Assembly: GCA_964607495.1 (NCBI GenBank)
Contig: CAZSKV010000751.1
Coordinates: 1 to 30,460, forward strand
Source of the DNA: an uncultured candidatus Brocadiaceae bacterium
GTDB lineage: Bacteria > Planctomycetota > UBA1135 > UBA2386
Length of the DNA: 30,460 bases
Reading direction: 5' to 3'
Shown here in pieces: positions 8,657-18,763 of the stretch. How positions within the stretch are numbered: the first letter of the stretch is position 1; the number at the start of each line of letters is the position of its first letter. The notes beneath the pieces are model-generated. The model worked only from the letters and a program-made list of their open reading frames with translations, was not told the DNA's origin and made no database searches. Made by a program: the position numbers and the translations under genes.

Positions 8657-11238
8657 GGCACTTGCCGCGGCACTCGCTGCTCTGCCTGCTCGCGCTCGCG
8701 CTCGCGCCGCTGCTGCTCTTCGGCCCCTGCGTGGTCGGCGCGCGCAGCTACGTGCCGTTCGACCTCGCGCAGTGGCCGCCGATCGCGACGCAGCTCCAGC
8801 CCGAGCAGCTCGCGGCGATCACGGCCGGTCAGAACTCCGACGTCAGCGAAGTGCCGTTCACGTTCCTGCCCGAGCTGGTGTTCGCGAACCAGCAGTTGCA
8901 GCAGGGGCGCCTGCCGGAGTGGAACCCGTTCGCGCGCGCCGGCGCCCCCCTGCTCGCGACCTCGGTCGTCGGCCTGCTCTATCCGCCGAACTGGCTGTTC
9001 CTGCTGACGGGCAACCCGCTGCGCGGCCTCGCGTTCGGCGCCTGGTTCGCGCTCGCCGCGGCCGGGCTGCTGACCTTCGGACTCCTGCGCCGCCTCGGCC
9101 ACGTCCCCGCGATCGCGCTCTTCGGTGGCCTCGCGTTCCAGCTCTCGGCGACCCTGAGTGCGAACGCGCACTTCTACCAGCGCCTCAATGCCCTGGTGTG
9201 GCTGCCCGGCATGCTCTGGGCGATCGCGGCGATCGCGCGCGGCAACCACCGTGGCCGCATCGGCCTCGCGCTCGCGACCGGCCTGACCTGGACCGCGGGT
9301 TTCGCCCCCTACGCGGCGCCGGCCACCGGCGTCGCCGGACTCTTCGCGCTGCAGCAGATGCTGCAGACCGCGCGCTGGGACGGGCTCGCCGGCGCCGCGC
9401 GCACGGCGCGCGCGTGCGCGCTGGGGTTCCTGCTCGGCTTCGGCCTCGCGGCCGTGCAGCTGCTGCCGATGTTCGCGTTCTTCCCTGAGTCGAACCGCGA
9501 TCCGCACCCCAGCCTCGACGCGATCGCGAACCAGGCCTTCGATCCCCTCGGTGTGCTCGGCTACCTGCTGCCCGACGTGTTCGGCCACTCGACCGCCACC
9601 CAGGGTCTGCCGTACGAGAAGTCGCCCCTGGTCTGGTGGCTGTTCTCCCGCGCGAGCTGGGTCGACGGCAGACCCTTCACGCCGAACTACAACCTGATCG
9701 AGTACGCGGTGTTCCCCGGCACGCTCGTGCTCGTGCTCGCATGGCTCGGCTGCTGGGTGCGCGGCGCCCGCGACCGGCTCTTCGCCGCCGGCACCTGGCT
9801 GCTGCTGCTCGTGCTCGCGAGCGGTAGCGCGCTCGTGGCGCCGCTCTTCCAGCTGCCCGGCTTCGCGAGCCTGTCGCCGATGCGCTGCGTCGGCCCGGCC
9901 GCCATGCTGGTCGTGCTGCTCGCCGCGCGCGGGCTGGCGCCCGGCCCGCGCCAGCTCGCACCGCAGCTGGTGCGCGGCACCGGCCTGCTGGCCCTCGGCC
10001 TGGGGGCACTCTGCCTGCTGGGCGGGTGGTGGCTCACGCGCGCCGAGCCGCGCGAACTGCTCGCGCGGATCGCCCCGGCGATCGCCGCGCACTACCTGCC
10101 CCGCCTGCCGTCGGCGTCGCCTGCCGAGGTCATGCGCCTGCTCGAACCCTTCGCGGCGGCCGGCCACGAGCGGCTGGTCGGCGGCCTGATCCGTGGCGCC
10201 ATGGGACTCTGGCTGGCCGCGGTCTGGTTGCTGCTCGCCGCCCGCGCCGCCGGCGTGCCGTTGCGGCACAAGCTGCTGCTCGCCTACGCAATCGGCGCGA
10301 CCGTGGCCGAACTGGTCGCCTACGGCGCGCCACTCAACCACGGCCGCATGCTGCACGAACCGCGCGACACGCCCGTGCACGCGTTCCTGCGCGCCGAGCG
10401 CGACGCCAGTCGCGAGCGCGGCGGGGTGACCGTGGCGCGCGCCGGCCAGACGCTCGAGGACGGTGTGCCGCGCGCGGTCCTGCCGCTGCAGCTGCCGCCC
10501 TGCACGCTGGTGCCCGAGGGCATCCGCGACCTCAACATCTACACCTTCGTCGACGGCAAGTCGCATCGCCTCTTCGAGCGCCTCTATGGCGCGGCGCACA
10601 TGGTGCGCACCTACTGGCCGCTGGCACTCCTCGACGACGAGCGGCTCGCGCTGCCGCTCTTCGATCTCTTCGGCCTGCGCTTCCTGCTCGCCACCCAGCC
10701 CTTGCTGCACGCCGGCCGCAAGGTCGGTCCCACCTGGAAGGGGCCCGGCGGCGAGTTCTTTGTCTACGAGCGCCCGCGCGCGCTGCCGCGCGCGTTCGTG
10801 GTCGGCGACTTCAGGGAGCTCCCCGACGAGACGGCGGTCGTCGAGGCCATGGTGCGCAGCGACTTCGCGCCCGACCGCGTGGCCCTGCTGCTGCCTGCCG
10901 ACCAGCGGCGCATCGCCGACCACGCGATCTGGCCGGACGCCGGAAAGCGCAAGGTGCGCTTCACGCTCGACACGAACAACCACATCCACCTGCAGGTCGA
11001 CGCCGGCCCTCCCGGGCTGCTCGTACTCGCCGACGCGTACTTCTCCGGCTGGAGCGCGACGGTGAACGACCTACCGGCACCCGTCGTGCGCGGCAACCTG
11101 TTCTGCCGGCTCGTGCCGATCCCCGAAGACGAGTGCCGCGTGCGCCTGCGCTACGCGACGCCGTGGTTGGGCCCGGGCCTCGGGATCAGCGTGCTGGCGC
11201 TGCTCGCGCTCCTGCTGCTCGGTCGCCGCCGGAGCTGA
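8653..11238 (+). CDS. YfhO-family (GT-C fold) membrane glycosyltransferase-like protein 2; 861 aa
   Basis: ATG 8653 overlaps the previous stop (ATGA), with RBS GAGGAG at 8641. Motifs [16 protein letters not shown]...[10 protein letters not shown] and C-terminal [31 protein letters not shown]......VRLRY plus a TM helix. Confidence 0.85.
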   Translation: MRHLPRHSLLCLLALALAPLLLFGPCVVGARSYVPFDLAQWPPIATQLQPEQLAAITAGQNSDVSEVPFTFLPELVFANQQLQQGRLPEWNPFARAGAPLLATSVVGLLYPPNWLFLLTGNPLRGLAFGAWFALAAAGLLTFGLLRRLGHVPAIALFGGLAFQLSATLSANAHFYQRLNALVWLPGMLWAIAAIARGNHRGRIGLALATGLTWTAGFAPYAAPATGVAGLFALQQMLQTARWDGLAGAARTARACALGFLLGFGLAAVQLLPMFAFFPESNRDPHPSLDAIANQAFDPLGVLGYLLPDVFGHSTATQGLPYEKSPLVWWLFSRASWVDGRPFTPNYNLIEYAVFPGTLVLVLAWLGCWVRGARDRLFAAGTWLLLLVLASGSALVAPLFQLPGFASLSPMRCVGPAAMLVVLLAARGLAPGPRQLAPQLVRGTGLLALGLGALCLLGGWWLTRAEPRELLARIAPAIAAHYLPRLPSASPAEVMRLLEPFAAAGHERLVGGLIRGAMGLWLAAVWLLLAARAAGVPLRHKLLLAYAIGATVAELVAYGAPLNHGRMLHEPRDTPVHAFLRAERDASRERGGVTVARAGQTLEDGVPRAVLPLQLPPCTLVPEGIRDLNIYTFVDGKSHRLFERLYGAAHMVRTYWPLALLDDERLALPLFDLFGLRFLLATQPLLHAGRKVGPTWKGPGGEFFVYERPRALPRAFVVGDFRELPDETAVVEAMVRSDFAPDRVALLLPADQRRIADHAIWPDAGKRKVRFTLDTNNHIHLQVDAGPPGLLVLADAYFSGWSATVNDLPAPVVRGNLFCRLVPIPEDECRVRLRYATPWLGPGLGISVLALLALLLLGRRRS

Positions 11239-11280
11239 GACGGAGTCAGGATCTTCGCTCGCCGAACCGGGACGATTGCC

Positions 11281-11292
11281 TACGATCCCGGC
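11281..11292 (+). promoter_or_regulatory. Candidate sigma70-type -10 element (TACGAT) upstream of the ior operon
   Basis: TANNNT hexamer in the 88-bp intergenic gap, 40 nt before ATG 11327. The same 12-mer TACGATCCCGGC occurs on the minus strand in both repeat copies. Confidence 0.4.
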
Positions 11293-11326
11293 CATCCGTC
11301 CCAAGCCTCCGGCCAGAGCCACTCCC

Positions 11327-11797
11327 ATGCCCCTTGAACTCACGGTGAACGGCAAACTCGTCGCGGTCGACGCCGACCCGTCGACCCCTCTGCTCTGGGT
11401 GTTGCGCGACCATCTGCGCCTGCTCGGCACGAAGTACGGCTGCGGCATGGCCCAGTGCGGCGCCTGCACGGTGCACGTCGACGGCACCGCGGTGCGCGCC
11501 TGTGTCGTGCCGGTGGCCACGCTGGCCGGCAAGCAGATCACGACCATCGAGGGCCTCGAGGGTCGCGCCGCCGCCGCCCTGCGCCAGGCGTGGACCGAGC
11601 TCGACGTCCCGCAGTGCGGCTACTGCCAGACCGGGCAGCTGATGAGCGCGGCCGTGCTGCTGCGCGAGCAGCCGCAGCCCTCCGATGCGGACATCGATGC
11701 CTGCATGGCCGGGAATGCGTGCCGCTGCGCGACCTACGTGCGCATCCGCGCCGCGATCCACCGCGCGGCCGTGGTGGCGAAGGCAGGCAAGCCATGA
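11327..11797 (+). CDS. iorA: (2Fe-2S)-binding small subunit of a molybdenum hydroxylase (IorA/CoxS family); 156 aa
   Basis: [20 protein letters not shown]...RAC and QCGYCQTGQ...NACRCATY cysteine motifs. Start [10 protein letters not shown]. Confidence 0.93.
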   Translation: MPLELTVNGKLVAVDADPSTPLLWVLRDHLRLLGTKYGCGMAQCGACTVHVDGTAVRACVVPVATLAGKQITTIEGLEGRAAAALRQAWTELDVPQCGYCQTGQLMSAAVLLREQPQPSDADIDACMAGNACRCATYVRIRAAIHRAAVVAKAGKP

Positions 11798-13950
11798 GCC
11801 ACGACCCGGGCCTGTCGCGCCGCAGCTTCCTGCGCGTGTCCGCCGCCGCCGGCGGCGGCCTGCTGCTCGCGTTCCGCCTGCCAGCCGCCCCGCGCGCGGC
11901 GGCCGCCCCGGCCCCGGCAGCCGATTTCGCGCCGAACGCATTCGTGCGCATCGCCGGCGACGGCCGCGTGACCGTGATCGTCAACAAGTCCGAGATGGGC
12001 CAGGGCATCAGCACCTCGCTGACCATGGTCGTGGCCGAGGAGCTCGACGCCGACTGGAGCCGCGTCGGCTTCGAGTTCGCCCCGGTCGATCCCGTCTACG
12101 CGCATCCGGGCTACGGCATCCAGATGACGGGTGGCAGCACGAGCACGATGGGGATGACCGAGCCGATGCGCCGGGCCGGGGCAACGGCCCGCGCCCTGCT
12201 CGTCGCCGCCGCGGCCCAGGAGTGGAAGGTCCCCGCCGCCGAGTGTCGGACCGAGAACAGCGCCGTCGTGCACGGCCCGAGCGGCAAGCGCGCCGGCTAC
12301 GGCGAGCTCGCGGCGACTGCCGCCACCCTGCCCGTGCCGGCCGAGGTCCCGCTCAAGGATCCGCGGCACTTCCGCCTGATCGGCAAGTCGACGCACCGGC
12401 TCGACACGCCGGCGAAGGTCGCGGGCACCGCCGTGTTCGGGCTCGACGTCCACCTGCCTGGGATGCTGACCGCGGTCGTTGCACACCCACCGACCTTCGG
12501 CGGCGTCGCGAAGTCCTGGGACGACCGCGCGACGCTCCAGGTCCGCGGCGTGAAGGCCGTCGTCGACGTCGGCAGCGGCGTGGCCGTCGTCGCCGAGAGC
12601 TTCTGGGCGGCGAAGCTGGGTCGCGATCGCCTGCAGATCGAGTGGGACCACGGTGCCAACGCCAAGGTGTCGAGCAGCGTCCTGCGCGCGTCCTATGCGC
12701 AGCTCGCGCGCACGCCTGGCAGGATCGCGCGCAAGACCGGGGACGCGGCCGCGGCCGCGCGCGCGGCCGCGCGCACGCTCGACGCCGAGTACGAGCTCCC
12801 CTACCTCGCGCACGCGGCGATGGAGCCCTTGAACTGCACGGTCGACCTGCGCCCCGACGCGTGCGAGATCTGGGCCGGCACCCAGTTCCAGACCGTCGAC
12901 CAGGCGGCCGCCGCCGGCGTGCTCGGCTTGCCGCCCGCCAAGGTGAAGCTGCACACGACCTTCCTCGGCGGCGGCTTCGGCCGGCGCGCGAACCCGGCGT
13001 CGGACTACATCGTCGAGGCCGCGAAGATCGCCAAGGCCGTGCGGGCGCCGCTCAAGCTGGTCTGGACCCGCGAGGACGACATGCGCTCGGGCTACTACCG
13101 CCCGATGTGGCACAGCAGGATCACGGCCGCGCTTGACGCCTCCGGTGCGATCACGGCTTGGACGCACACGATCGTCGGCCAGTCGATCATCGAAGGCACG
13201 CCCTTCGCGTCGTTCCTGATCAAGGACGGCATCGACGGCACCTCGGTCGAGGGCGCCGAGGACCTGCCCTACGCGATCCCGAACCTGCAGGTCGATCTGC
13301 ACACGACCGCGGTCCCGGTCCCCACGCTCTGGTGGCGATCGGTCGGCCACTCGCACACGGCGTTCGTCGTCGAGAGCTTCCTCGACGAGGTCGCGCACGC
13401 GGCGGGCACCGACCCGGTCGCGCTGCGCCGGCAGCTGCTCGCCGGCAAGGAACGCCACCTCGGGGTGCTCGAGCTGGCTGCCGCCCGGTCCGGCTACGGC
13501 AAGCCGCTGCCCGAGGGCCGCGCGCACGGCTTCGCGCTGCACTTCTCGTTCCACACCTACGTCGCGATCGTGCTGGAGGTCTCGCTCGAGAACGGCTGGC
13601 CGCGCGTGCACAAGGCCACCTGTGCGGTCGACTGCGGCCAGACGATCAACCCCGACACGGTCATGGCCCAGCTCGAAGGCGCCGTCGGCTTCGCGCTGAG
13701 TGCGGCGCTCTACAGCGAGATCACGCTGCAGGACGGTCGCGTGCAACAGTCGAACTTCCACGACTACCGGCTGTTGCGCATCCACGAGATGCCTGCGGTC
13801 GAGGTGCACCTGGTGCCGAGCGGCGCTCCGCCGACCGGCGTCGGCGAACCCGGCGTGCCGCCGGTCGCGCCGGCGCTCGGCAACGCGCTGTTCCGGCTCA
13901 CCGGCAAGCGCATCCGCCGCCTGCCGATCCGGCCGGAGGATCTGCGATGA
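11794..13950 (+). CDS. iorB: Molybdopterin-binding subunit, isoquinoline 1-oxidoreductase beta (IorB)-like, with Tat signal; 718 aa; actual substrate unknown
   Basis: ATGA-coupled to iorA. Twin-arginine signal [58 protein letters not shown]. Confidence 0.93.
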   Translation: MSHDPGLSRRSFLRVSAAAGGGLLLAFRLPAAPRAAAAPAPAADFAPNAFVRIAGDGRVTVIVNKSEMGQGISTSLTMVVAEELDADWSRVGFEFAPVDPVYAHPGYGIQMTGGSTSTMGMTEPMRRAGATARALLVAAAAQEWKVPAAECRTENSAVVHGPSGKRAGYGELAATAATLPVPAEVPLKDPRHFRLIGKSTHRLDTPAKVAGTAVFGLDVHLPGMLTAVVAHPPTFGGVAKSWDDRATLQVRGVKAVVDVGSGVAVVAESFWAAKLGRDRLQIEWDHGANAKVSSSVLRASYAQLARTPGRIARKTGDAAAAARAAARTLDAEYELPYLAHAAMEPLNCTVDLRPDACEIWAGTQFQTVDQAAAAGVLGLPPAKVKLHTTFLGGGFGRRANPASDYIVEAAKIAKAVRAPLKLVWTREDDMRSGYYRPMWHSRITAALDASGAITAWTHTIVGQSIIEGTPFASFLIKDGIDGTSVEGAEDLPYAIPNLQVDLHTTAVPVPTLWWRSVGHSHTAFVVESFLDEVAHAAGTDPVALRRQLLAGKERHLGVLELAAARSGYGKPLPEGRAHGFALHFSFHTYVAIVLEVSLENGWPRVHKATCAVDCGQTINPDTVMAQLEGAVGFALSAALYSEITLQDGRVQQSNFHDYRLLRIHEMPAVEVHLVPSGAPPTGVGEPGVPPVAPALGNALFRLTGKRIRRLPIRPEDLR

Positions 13951-14543
13951 TGCGCGCGCTCGCGTTGGCCGCGGCGGCAGCCGCGGCGATGTTGACTTGC
14001 CAGTGCGGCACGGCAGGCGCCGCTCCCGCAGCGTCCGCACACAGTGCCAGCGCCTGGCGCACGGTCTATGCCGTGCTGCAGCACGCGCGCTGCAAGAACT
14101 GCCATCCGGCTGGCCGCGTGCCCTTGCAGGGCGATGACAGCCGCGTGCACGGCCAGAACGTGCAAGGCGGTCCGGACGGGAAGGGGCGCTTCGCGATGCG
14201 CTGCGTGAACTGCCACCTCGAAGCGAATGCGCCCGGACCGAACCAGCCGCCCGGCGCGCCGAACTGGCACCTGCCGGCCGCCGCGACGCCGCTGGTGTTC
14301 GAGGGCAGGAGCCCGGCCGAGCTCGCGCGCCAGCTCGCGGACCCGGAGCAGAACGGCGGGCGCACGATGGCGCAGTTGCTCGAGCACGTGAGCACGGACC
14401 CGCTCGTGCTCTGGGGCTGGAATCCCGGCGAAGGCCGGGCTCCGGTTCCCGTCCCGCACGCCGCGTTCGTGGCGGCGATGCGCGCCTGGATCGAGGGTGG
14501 GTGCAGGATTCCGGACGAGCCCGCGGCCGGCGGTCAGCGATAG
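13947..14543 (+). CDS. Exported di-heme c-type cytochrome, third gene of the ior operon; 198 aa
   Basis: ATGA-coupled to iorB, Ala-rich signal peptide, two CXXCH motifs (CKNCH, CVNCH), C-terminal [11 protein letters not shown]. Confidence 0.85.
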   Translation: MMRALALAAAAAAAMLTCQCGTAGAAPAASAHSASAWRTVYAVLQHARCKNCHPAGRVPLQGDDSRVHGQNVQGGPDGKGRFAMRCVNCHLEANAPGPNQPPGAPNWHLPAAATPLVFEGRSPAELARQLADPEQNGGRTMAQLLEHVSTDPLVLWGWNPGEGRAPVPVPHAAFVAAMRAWIEGGCRIPDEPAAGGQR

Positions 14544-16402
14544 GCCGCGAGGTAGCCCTCGAGTTCCGCCTTCGCCGAGAAGTTCTCCCGCACGCGGCCG
14601 TGCCCCCCGGCGCGCAGCCTGGTCACGAGCGCCGAATCCCCGAGCACGCGCGCGATCGCCCGCGCGCCGCTCTCACGGGTCGCGTAGAGCAACCCGCTCT
14701 CGCCGTCGGTGATCACCGCTCTGGCTGCTGCCGTTTCGCGGGCCACCGCGGGGATGCCGAGGGCCAGCGCCTCGAGCAGTGCGTTCGACAAGCCCTCGCG
14801 CTCGCTCGCGTGCAACGAGACGGCAGCCGTCGCGAGGAGCTGCAGCGTCGCCTCGCGCGGCATGGCCCCGGCGTGGCGGGCCCAACTCCGCGCCGCGAAC
14901 CAGGGTGCAGGATCGAGGTTCGGGTCGAGCACGGGTCCGACCAGCACGTAGCGCAGGTCCGGCACCAGTTCCCGGGTCCGATCGACGAGGTGCAGGCACT
15001 CGGGGAAGCCCTTCTCGGCGCGGACTCCGGCGATCTGCACCAGCAGCGCGGGTGCCGGAGCGGGCACGAGTTCGGGCACGACGACGCCGTGCGGGACCAC
15101 GCGGATCCGACCCACAGCTCCGGGGGCGACCGCCTCGAGCCGCTGCCGCTGCGCATCCGTCAACACGGTGATCACGCGCGCACGCGCGATCGTCGCGAGC
15201 ACCGCGTCGCGGCCCGGGCCTGAGCCCTCGAGCTCGTCGAGATCGGTGCCGCGGAACGACAGGACCAGCGGCAGGCCGTGCGCCCCTGCGAGCGCGGCCC
15301 CGAGCGGACCGGCGCGCATGGCCTGGATCGCGTGCACGACGGCGATCCCCGCCGGCAGCTCGGGCGGGACCTGCGGCTGCTCCGCCGCGACCACCGGCGC
15401 GGGCACGTCGCAACCTTCCTGCAGCAGCGCATGGCGCAGCCGGGCCGCGGAGACGCTGTTGCCACGGTTGGCGTCGAGCGCGAAGGGCACCACGAGCTGC
15501 ACGGCCGGACGCCGTGGCGCCTTGCCGAGCGCCATCTCCAGGATCGCATTCGCGAACAGCCGGTCGCCACGGTCGCGCGGGTAGAGGCCGGGCGCGGAGT
15601 TGACCTCGGCGACCTGCACCGAGCCATCCTCGGCTTCGAGCAGATCGACGCTGCCGTGGCCGAGATCGCAGCTCGTGAGCGCCTGATCGGCCAGCGCACG
15701 CAGCGCGGCGTCACAGCGTGCCTCCTCCCAGGGTCCGCCGTAGCGCGGGTTGGTGCGGAACTCGTCGTGGCTCGCGAACAGCCGGTAGGCGCGCGCGTAG
15801 CCGCCGCGCACCAGGGCGATGGTCAGCGAGCACCGGTGGCGCACGTAGTGCTGCACCAGCAGGAGCTCCGCCGGCCGCAGCTGGTGCGCCTGGGTCAGCG
15901 CCGCGCGCAGCGCCGAGGCATCGGCGCACTTCTGCACGCCCATCCCGCCCCAGCCGAAGGGGTGCTTGAGCACGACCGGATAGCCGCCGATGCCCTCGAC
16001 TAGCGCTTCCAGATCCCCCGGCGGCAGTGGCCCGGCACGCAACGCGAACGACGCCGGCACCGGCAGGCCGGCCGCCGCGAACGCGGCGAAGCTCTGCACC
16101 TTGTCCTCGGCCAGCGCGACGCCCCGCGCCGACACCAGCGTCCGGAGGCCCGCGGCATCCAGCGCGCGCAGCGCACTCTCGACGGTCCACAGGTCGTGGC
16201 TGTCGCGGATGTCCGCGCGCGGCAGCACGACCTCGTCGGCGGCGAGGCCGAACACGCCCTTGCCCGGCACCAGGCGCAGCTGCGCGATCTCGACCACCCG
16301 CGCGCGGTACCCGAGCCAGCGCGCACAGGCGAGCAGCAGCTCGTTGCTCTTGGCATCGGCCGCATTGCCGTGCGGCGAGGAGTTGAGGATCGCGAGACGC
16401 AT
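14534..16402 (-). CDS. Fusion: N-terminal RimK/LysX-type ATP-grasp ligase plus C-terminal GT4 (GT-B) glycosyltransferase; 622 aa
   Basis: ATP-grasp: EDKVQSF...[38 protein letters not shown]...[10 protein letters not shown]4: [50 protein letters not shown]. One continuous frame. Start chosen at MRLAILNSS (16402). Confidence 0.85.
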   Translation of the reverse strand: MRLAILNSSPHGNAADAKSNELLLACARWLGYRARVVEIAQLRLVPGKGVFGLAADEVVLPRADIRDSHDLWTVESALRALDAAGLRTLVSARGVALAEDKVQSFAAFAAAGLPVPASFALRAGPLPPGDLEALVEGIGGYPVVLKHPFGWGGMGVQKCADASALRAALTQAHQLRPAELLLVQHYVRHRCSLTIALVRGGYARAYRLFASHDEFRTNPRYGGPWEEARCDAALRALADQALTSCDLGHGSVDLLEAEDGSVQVAEVNSAPGLYPRDRGDRLFANAILEMALGKAPRRPAVQLVVPFALDANRGNSVSAARLRHALLQEGCDVPAPVVAAEQPQVPPELPAGIAVVHAIQAMRAGPLGAALAGAHGLPLVLSFRGTDLDELEGSGPGRDAVLATIARARVITVLTDAQRQRLEAVAPGAVGRIRVVPHGVVVPELVPAPAPALLVQIAGVRAEKGFPECLHLVDRTRELVPDLRYVLVGPVLDPNLDPAPWFAARSWARHAGAMPREATLQLLATAAVSLHASEREGLSNALLEALALGIPAVARETAAARAVITDGESGLLYATRESGARAIARVLGDSALVTRLRAGGHGRVRENFSAKAELEGYLAAYR

Positions 16403-16550
16403 GCGGCCTGCGTGCGGATCCAACAGCGCGCCATGGTGCTGCGGCAAGGCCTCGCTGCAGAAGCTGCGCGGCCGTTCGGCGCCAGTCGCGACGCCCTCGC
16501 CGGCGTCCGCTCGCGAGCTGGGTGCAGGCAGCGGGCAGGCACCCTGGGGG

Positions 16551-16578
16551 TTGCACCCTTCCAGAATAGGTCTAAGCT
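16551..16578 (+). promoter_or_regulatory. Putative sigma70-type promoter of the blaI-like operon
   Basis: TTGCAC (16551-56), 16 bp, TAAGCT (16573-78) in an AT-rich island; RBS AAAGGA at about 16610 before ATG 16626. Confidence 0.6.
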
Positions 16579-16596
16579 TAGTCAACTAAGCGTAGA
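16571..16596. promoter_or_regulatory. 26-bp palindromic operator, probable BlaI-family binding site
   Basis: TCTAAGCTTAGT-CA-ACTAAGCGTAGA: 12-bp arms with 11/12 complementarity and a 2-bp spacer. It overlaps the -10 element directly upstream of a BlaI/MecI/CopY repressor gene, a family known to autoregulate through such dyads. Confidence 0.8.
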
Positions 16597-16625
16597 GCAC
16601 CCAGGTACGAAAGGACGACTCACCG

Positions 16626-17036
16626 ATGCCAGGCAAGGAGCTCCCCGAACCGACCGAGCGCGAACTGCAGATCCTGAAGGTGCTCTGGGACCGCGGCGAA
16701 GCGAGCGTGCACGCGGTCTACCTGGCCCTGCGCGACGATCTCGGCATCGTGCAGAACACCGTGCAGGCGTTCCTGCGCACGATGGAGGCGAAGGGGCTCG
16801 TGACCCACCGCACGGTCGGCAGGACCTTTCTCTACCGGCCGCGGCTCGAACGCGAACATGCCGCGCGGCGCCGGGTCTCGAACGTGCTCGAGCGGGTATT
16901 CGACGGGGCGCTGGACGAGCTCGTCGCCCATGCGCTCTCCGTGCGCTCGCCGAGCGTGGAGGAACTGTCCCGCCTGCGCGCGATGATCGACGAGCTCGAG
17001 ACCGACGCACGCAGCGGCCGGAGGCCACGGCGATGA
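16626..17036 (+). CDS. BlaI/MecI/CopY family transcriptional repressor; 136 aa
   Basis: PTERELQILKVLWDRGEASV...NTVQAFLRTMEAKGLV.....GRTFLYRP...VLERVFDG, followed by a coupled M56 peptidase gene. Confidence 0.93.
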   Translation: MPGKELPEPTERELQILKVLWDRGEASVHAVYLALRDDLGIVQNTVQAFLRTMEAKGLVTHRTVGRTFLYRPRLEREHAARRRVSNVLERVFDGALDELVAHALSVRSPSVEELSRLRAMIDELETDARSGRRPRR

Positions 17037-18733
17037 GCGAGCTCCTGGCCGTGCTCGAGGCGGCTGCGCCCAGGGCGCTGCTCGGCAGCAGCCTGCTGCT
17101 CGGACTGGGCCTGCTGGTCGCCGGCTGCTGCAAGGAGCCCTTGCATCGCCAACGCGCCGCGGAGTGTGCGACCGCGAGCACGCTCGTATGGCTGCTGCTC
17201 GTGCTGTTGCCGCTGCCGGCCCCGCTGCCGGCCCAGGTCGCGCCGGCGGGACCGGCAGCACCTGCCGCGGCGAGGCCGGCGGAGAGGCGCTCCGCCGACC
17301 TCGCATGGCTCCTGCAGGCCCGCGAGGCCGAGCTCGCCGCGATCGGGGCGGAGCTGCCGCAGGCCCCCGCACCGGCTCCGAAACCGGCGCCGACGCCGAC
17401 TGACTGGATCCACCTGGGCGTCCGCGTCTGGCTCGCCGGCTGCGCCCTGGGCCTCGCCTGGCTCGGCCTCGGCGTGGTCGTGCTCGCGCGCCTGGTGCGC
17501 CATGCCAGACCCATGGCCGGCATGCCGCAGGTGCTGGTCAGCCGCCGCGCGCACCAGCCGTTCTGTTGCTGGTTCGGTCGCGACCGGATCGTGCTGCCTG
17601 CCGCGCTCTGCACCGCCGCGGCCGCCGAACGCCTGCAGGCCGTGCTGGACCACGAGCAGGCCCACCTCGCGCAGCGCGACCCGCGTGGCCGCGTGCTCTT
17701 CGCGCTGGCTCTGCCGCTGCTGGTCCTGCATCCCTGCTACTGGCTCTTGCGGCGCACTGCGTTCCGCTCTGCCGAGCTCGTGGCCGACGAGCTGGCAGCC
17801 ACCCGCACGAGCCGCGCGCGCTATGCGCGCGCGATGATCGATCTCGCCGCTGTGGCGACCAGCCGCACGCCCTGGCTGCTGCCCGCGACACCGGCATTCC
17901 GTGGCCGTTCCGAGTTCTACCGGAGGATGAAGATGTTGCTGCAGAGACAAGAGCGTCTGGTTGTCCGTTGTGCCCCGATCCGCCGTGCCGCCCACGCGGC
18001 CCTGGCCCTGCTCGCGCTCGCCGCCCTGACCGCGGGCACCAACGGGATGCGCGCCCAGGAGCAGGATCCAGCTCCGGCCGAAGCCCGGCATGCGCGCCTG
18101 GTGCAGGAACGCGACGCGCTGCAGGCGCAGATCGCGGAACTGCGCGCCGCGGTCGCGAAGCTGCAGCGCGAGCGCGAAGCGCAGGTCACGCATCGCCAGG
18201 CCGCCGCAGAGGCGGCGCAGGCCGCCGCGAAGCAGAAGGCGCTCGACGACCCTTTGCGCGCCGACGCCGCCCGCGCCGAGGCCAATCCGCTCGCGCAGCT
18301 GCTCCTCGCGCAGCGCGCCGCCGAGCGGAACAGGGGCCTGGCGGAGGTGATGGACAAGATCACGGGCGAACATCCGGCATACACCCAGGCCCGCGTGCAG
18401 GCCGCCGGATCCGACGTGCTCGGGCTGGTCACGCGCGCGATCGATCTGGACGGCGAGGTCACGCTCGCGAAGGAACGCCTGGGCCATCTCGAGGCCAGGG
18501 TCGCCGCCGGCGCCGCTTCCCAGGACGACGTGCTCGAGGCCAAGGTCCGGCTGAAGACCGCCACCAAGAAGCGGGATGTCGTGCGCACAGCGCTCGAGAC
18601 CGAGCAGAATGCCTGCGAGCACGAGATCCAGGCCGAGATGAAGCGCCTCGAGAAGGACCCGGAGTCCGCGGACGTGCGGGCTCGGCTGATCCGGCTCAAG
18701 GGCAAGCTGACCGCGATCCAGCAGGCCCGCTGA
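17033..18733 (+). CDS. M56 family (BlaR1/MecR1-like) metallopeptidase with a coiled-coil C-terminal region; 566 aa
   Basis: ATGA-coupled to the repressor. N-terminal TM helices, PFCCWFGRDRIVLP, HEXXH motif VLDHEQAHLAQRD, ELVADELA, RRMKMLL, then a TM/signal-like segment and an Ala/Gln/Glu-rich helical tail. Confidence 0.9.
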   Translation: MSELLAVLEAAAPRALLGSSLLLGLGLLVAGCCKEPLHRQRAAECATASTLVWLLLVLLPLPAPLPAQVAPAGPAAPAAARPAERRSADLAWLLQAREAELAAIGAELPQAPAPAPKPAPTPTDWIHLGVRVWLAGCALGLAWLGLGVVVLARLVRHARPMAGMPQVLVSRRAHQPFCCWFGRDRIVLPAALCTAAAAERLQAVLDHEQAHLAQRDPRGRVLFALALPLLVLHPCYWLLRRTAFRSAELVADELAATRTSRARYARAMIDLAAVATSRTPWLLPATPAFRGRSEFYRRMKMLLQRQERLVVRCAPIRRAAHAALALLALAALTAGTNGMRAQEQDPAPAEARHARLVQERDALQAQIAELRAAVAKLQREREAQVTHRQAAAEAAQAAAKQKALDDPLRADAARAEANPLAQLLLAQRAAERNRGLAEVMDKITGEHPAYTQARVQAAGSDVLGLVTRAIDLDGEVTLAKERLGHLEARVAAGAASQDDVLEAKVRLKTATKKRDVVRTALETEQNACEHEIQAEMKRLEKDPESADVRARLIRLKGKLTAIQQAR

Positions 18734-18763
18734 ACCCCGCGCCGCGCCGCCCGGGACCGCATC

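Noticed and set aside
14534-15530. Calling the GT4 domain a true SenB and inferring selenoneine biosynthesis
   Set aside because: The resemblance is motif-level from memory only. There is no senA/senC(selD) and no selenium-related signal in the window.
16520-16558. GGGTGCA...TGCACCC stem upstream of the fusion gene (possible riboswitch or leader)
   Set aside because: Only a 7-bp GC-rich stem with a 25-nt loop, no recognisable RNA family, and the right arm is explained by the -35 element TTGCAC.
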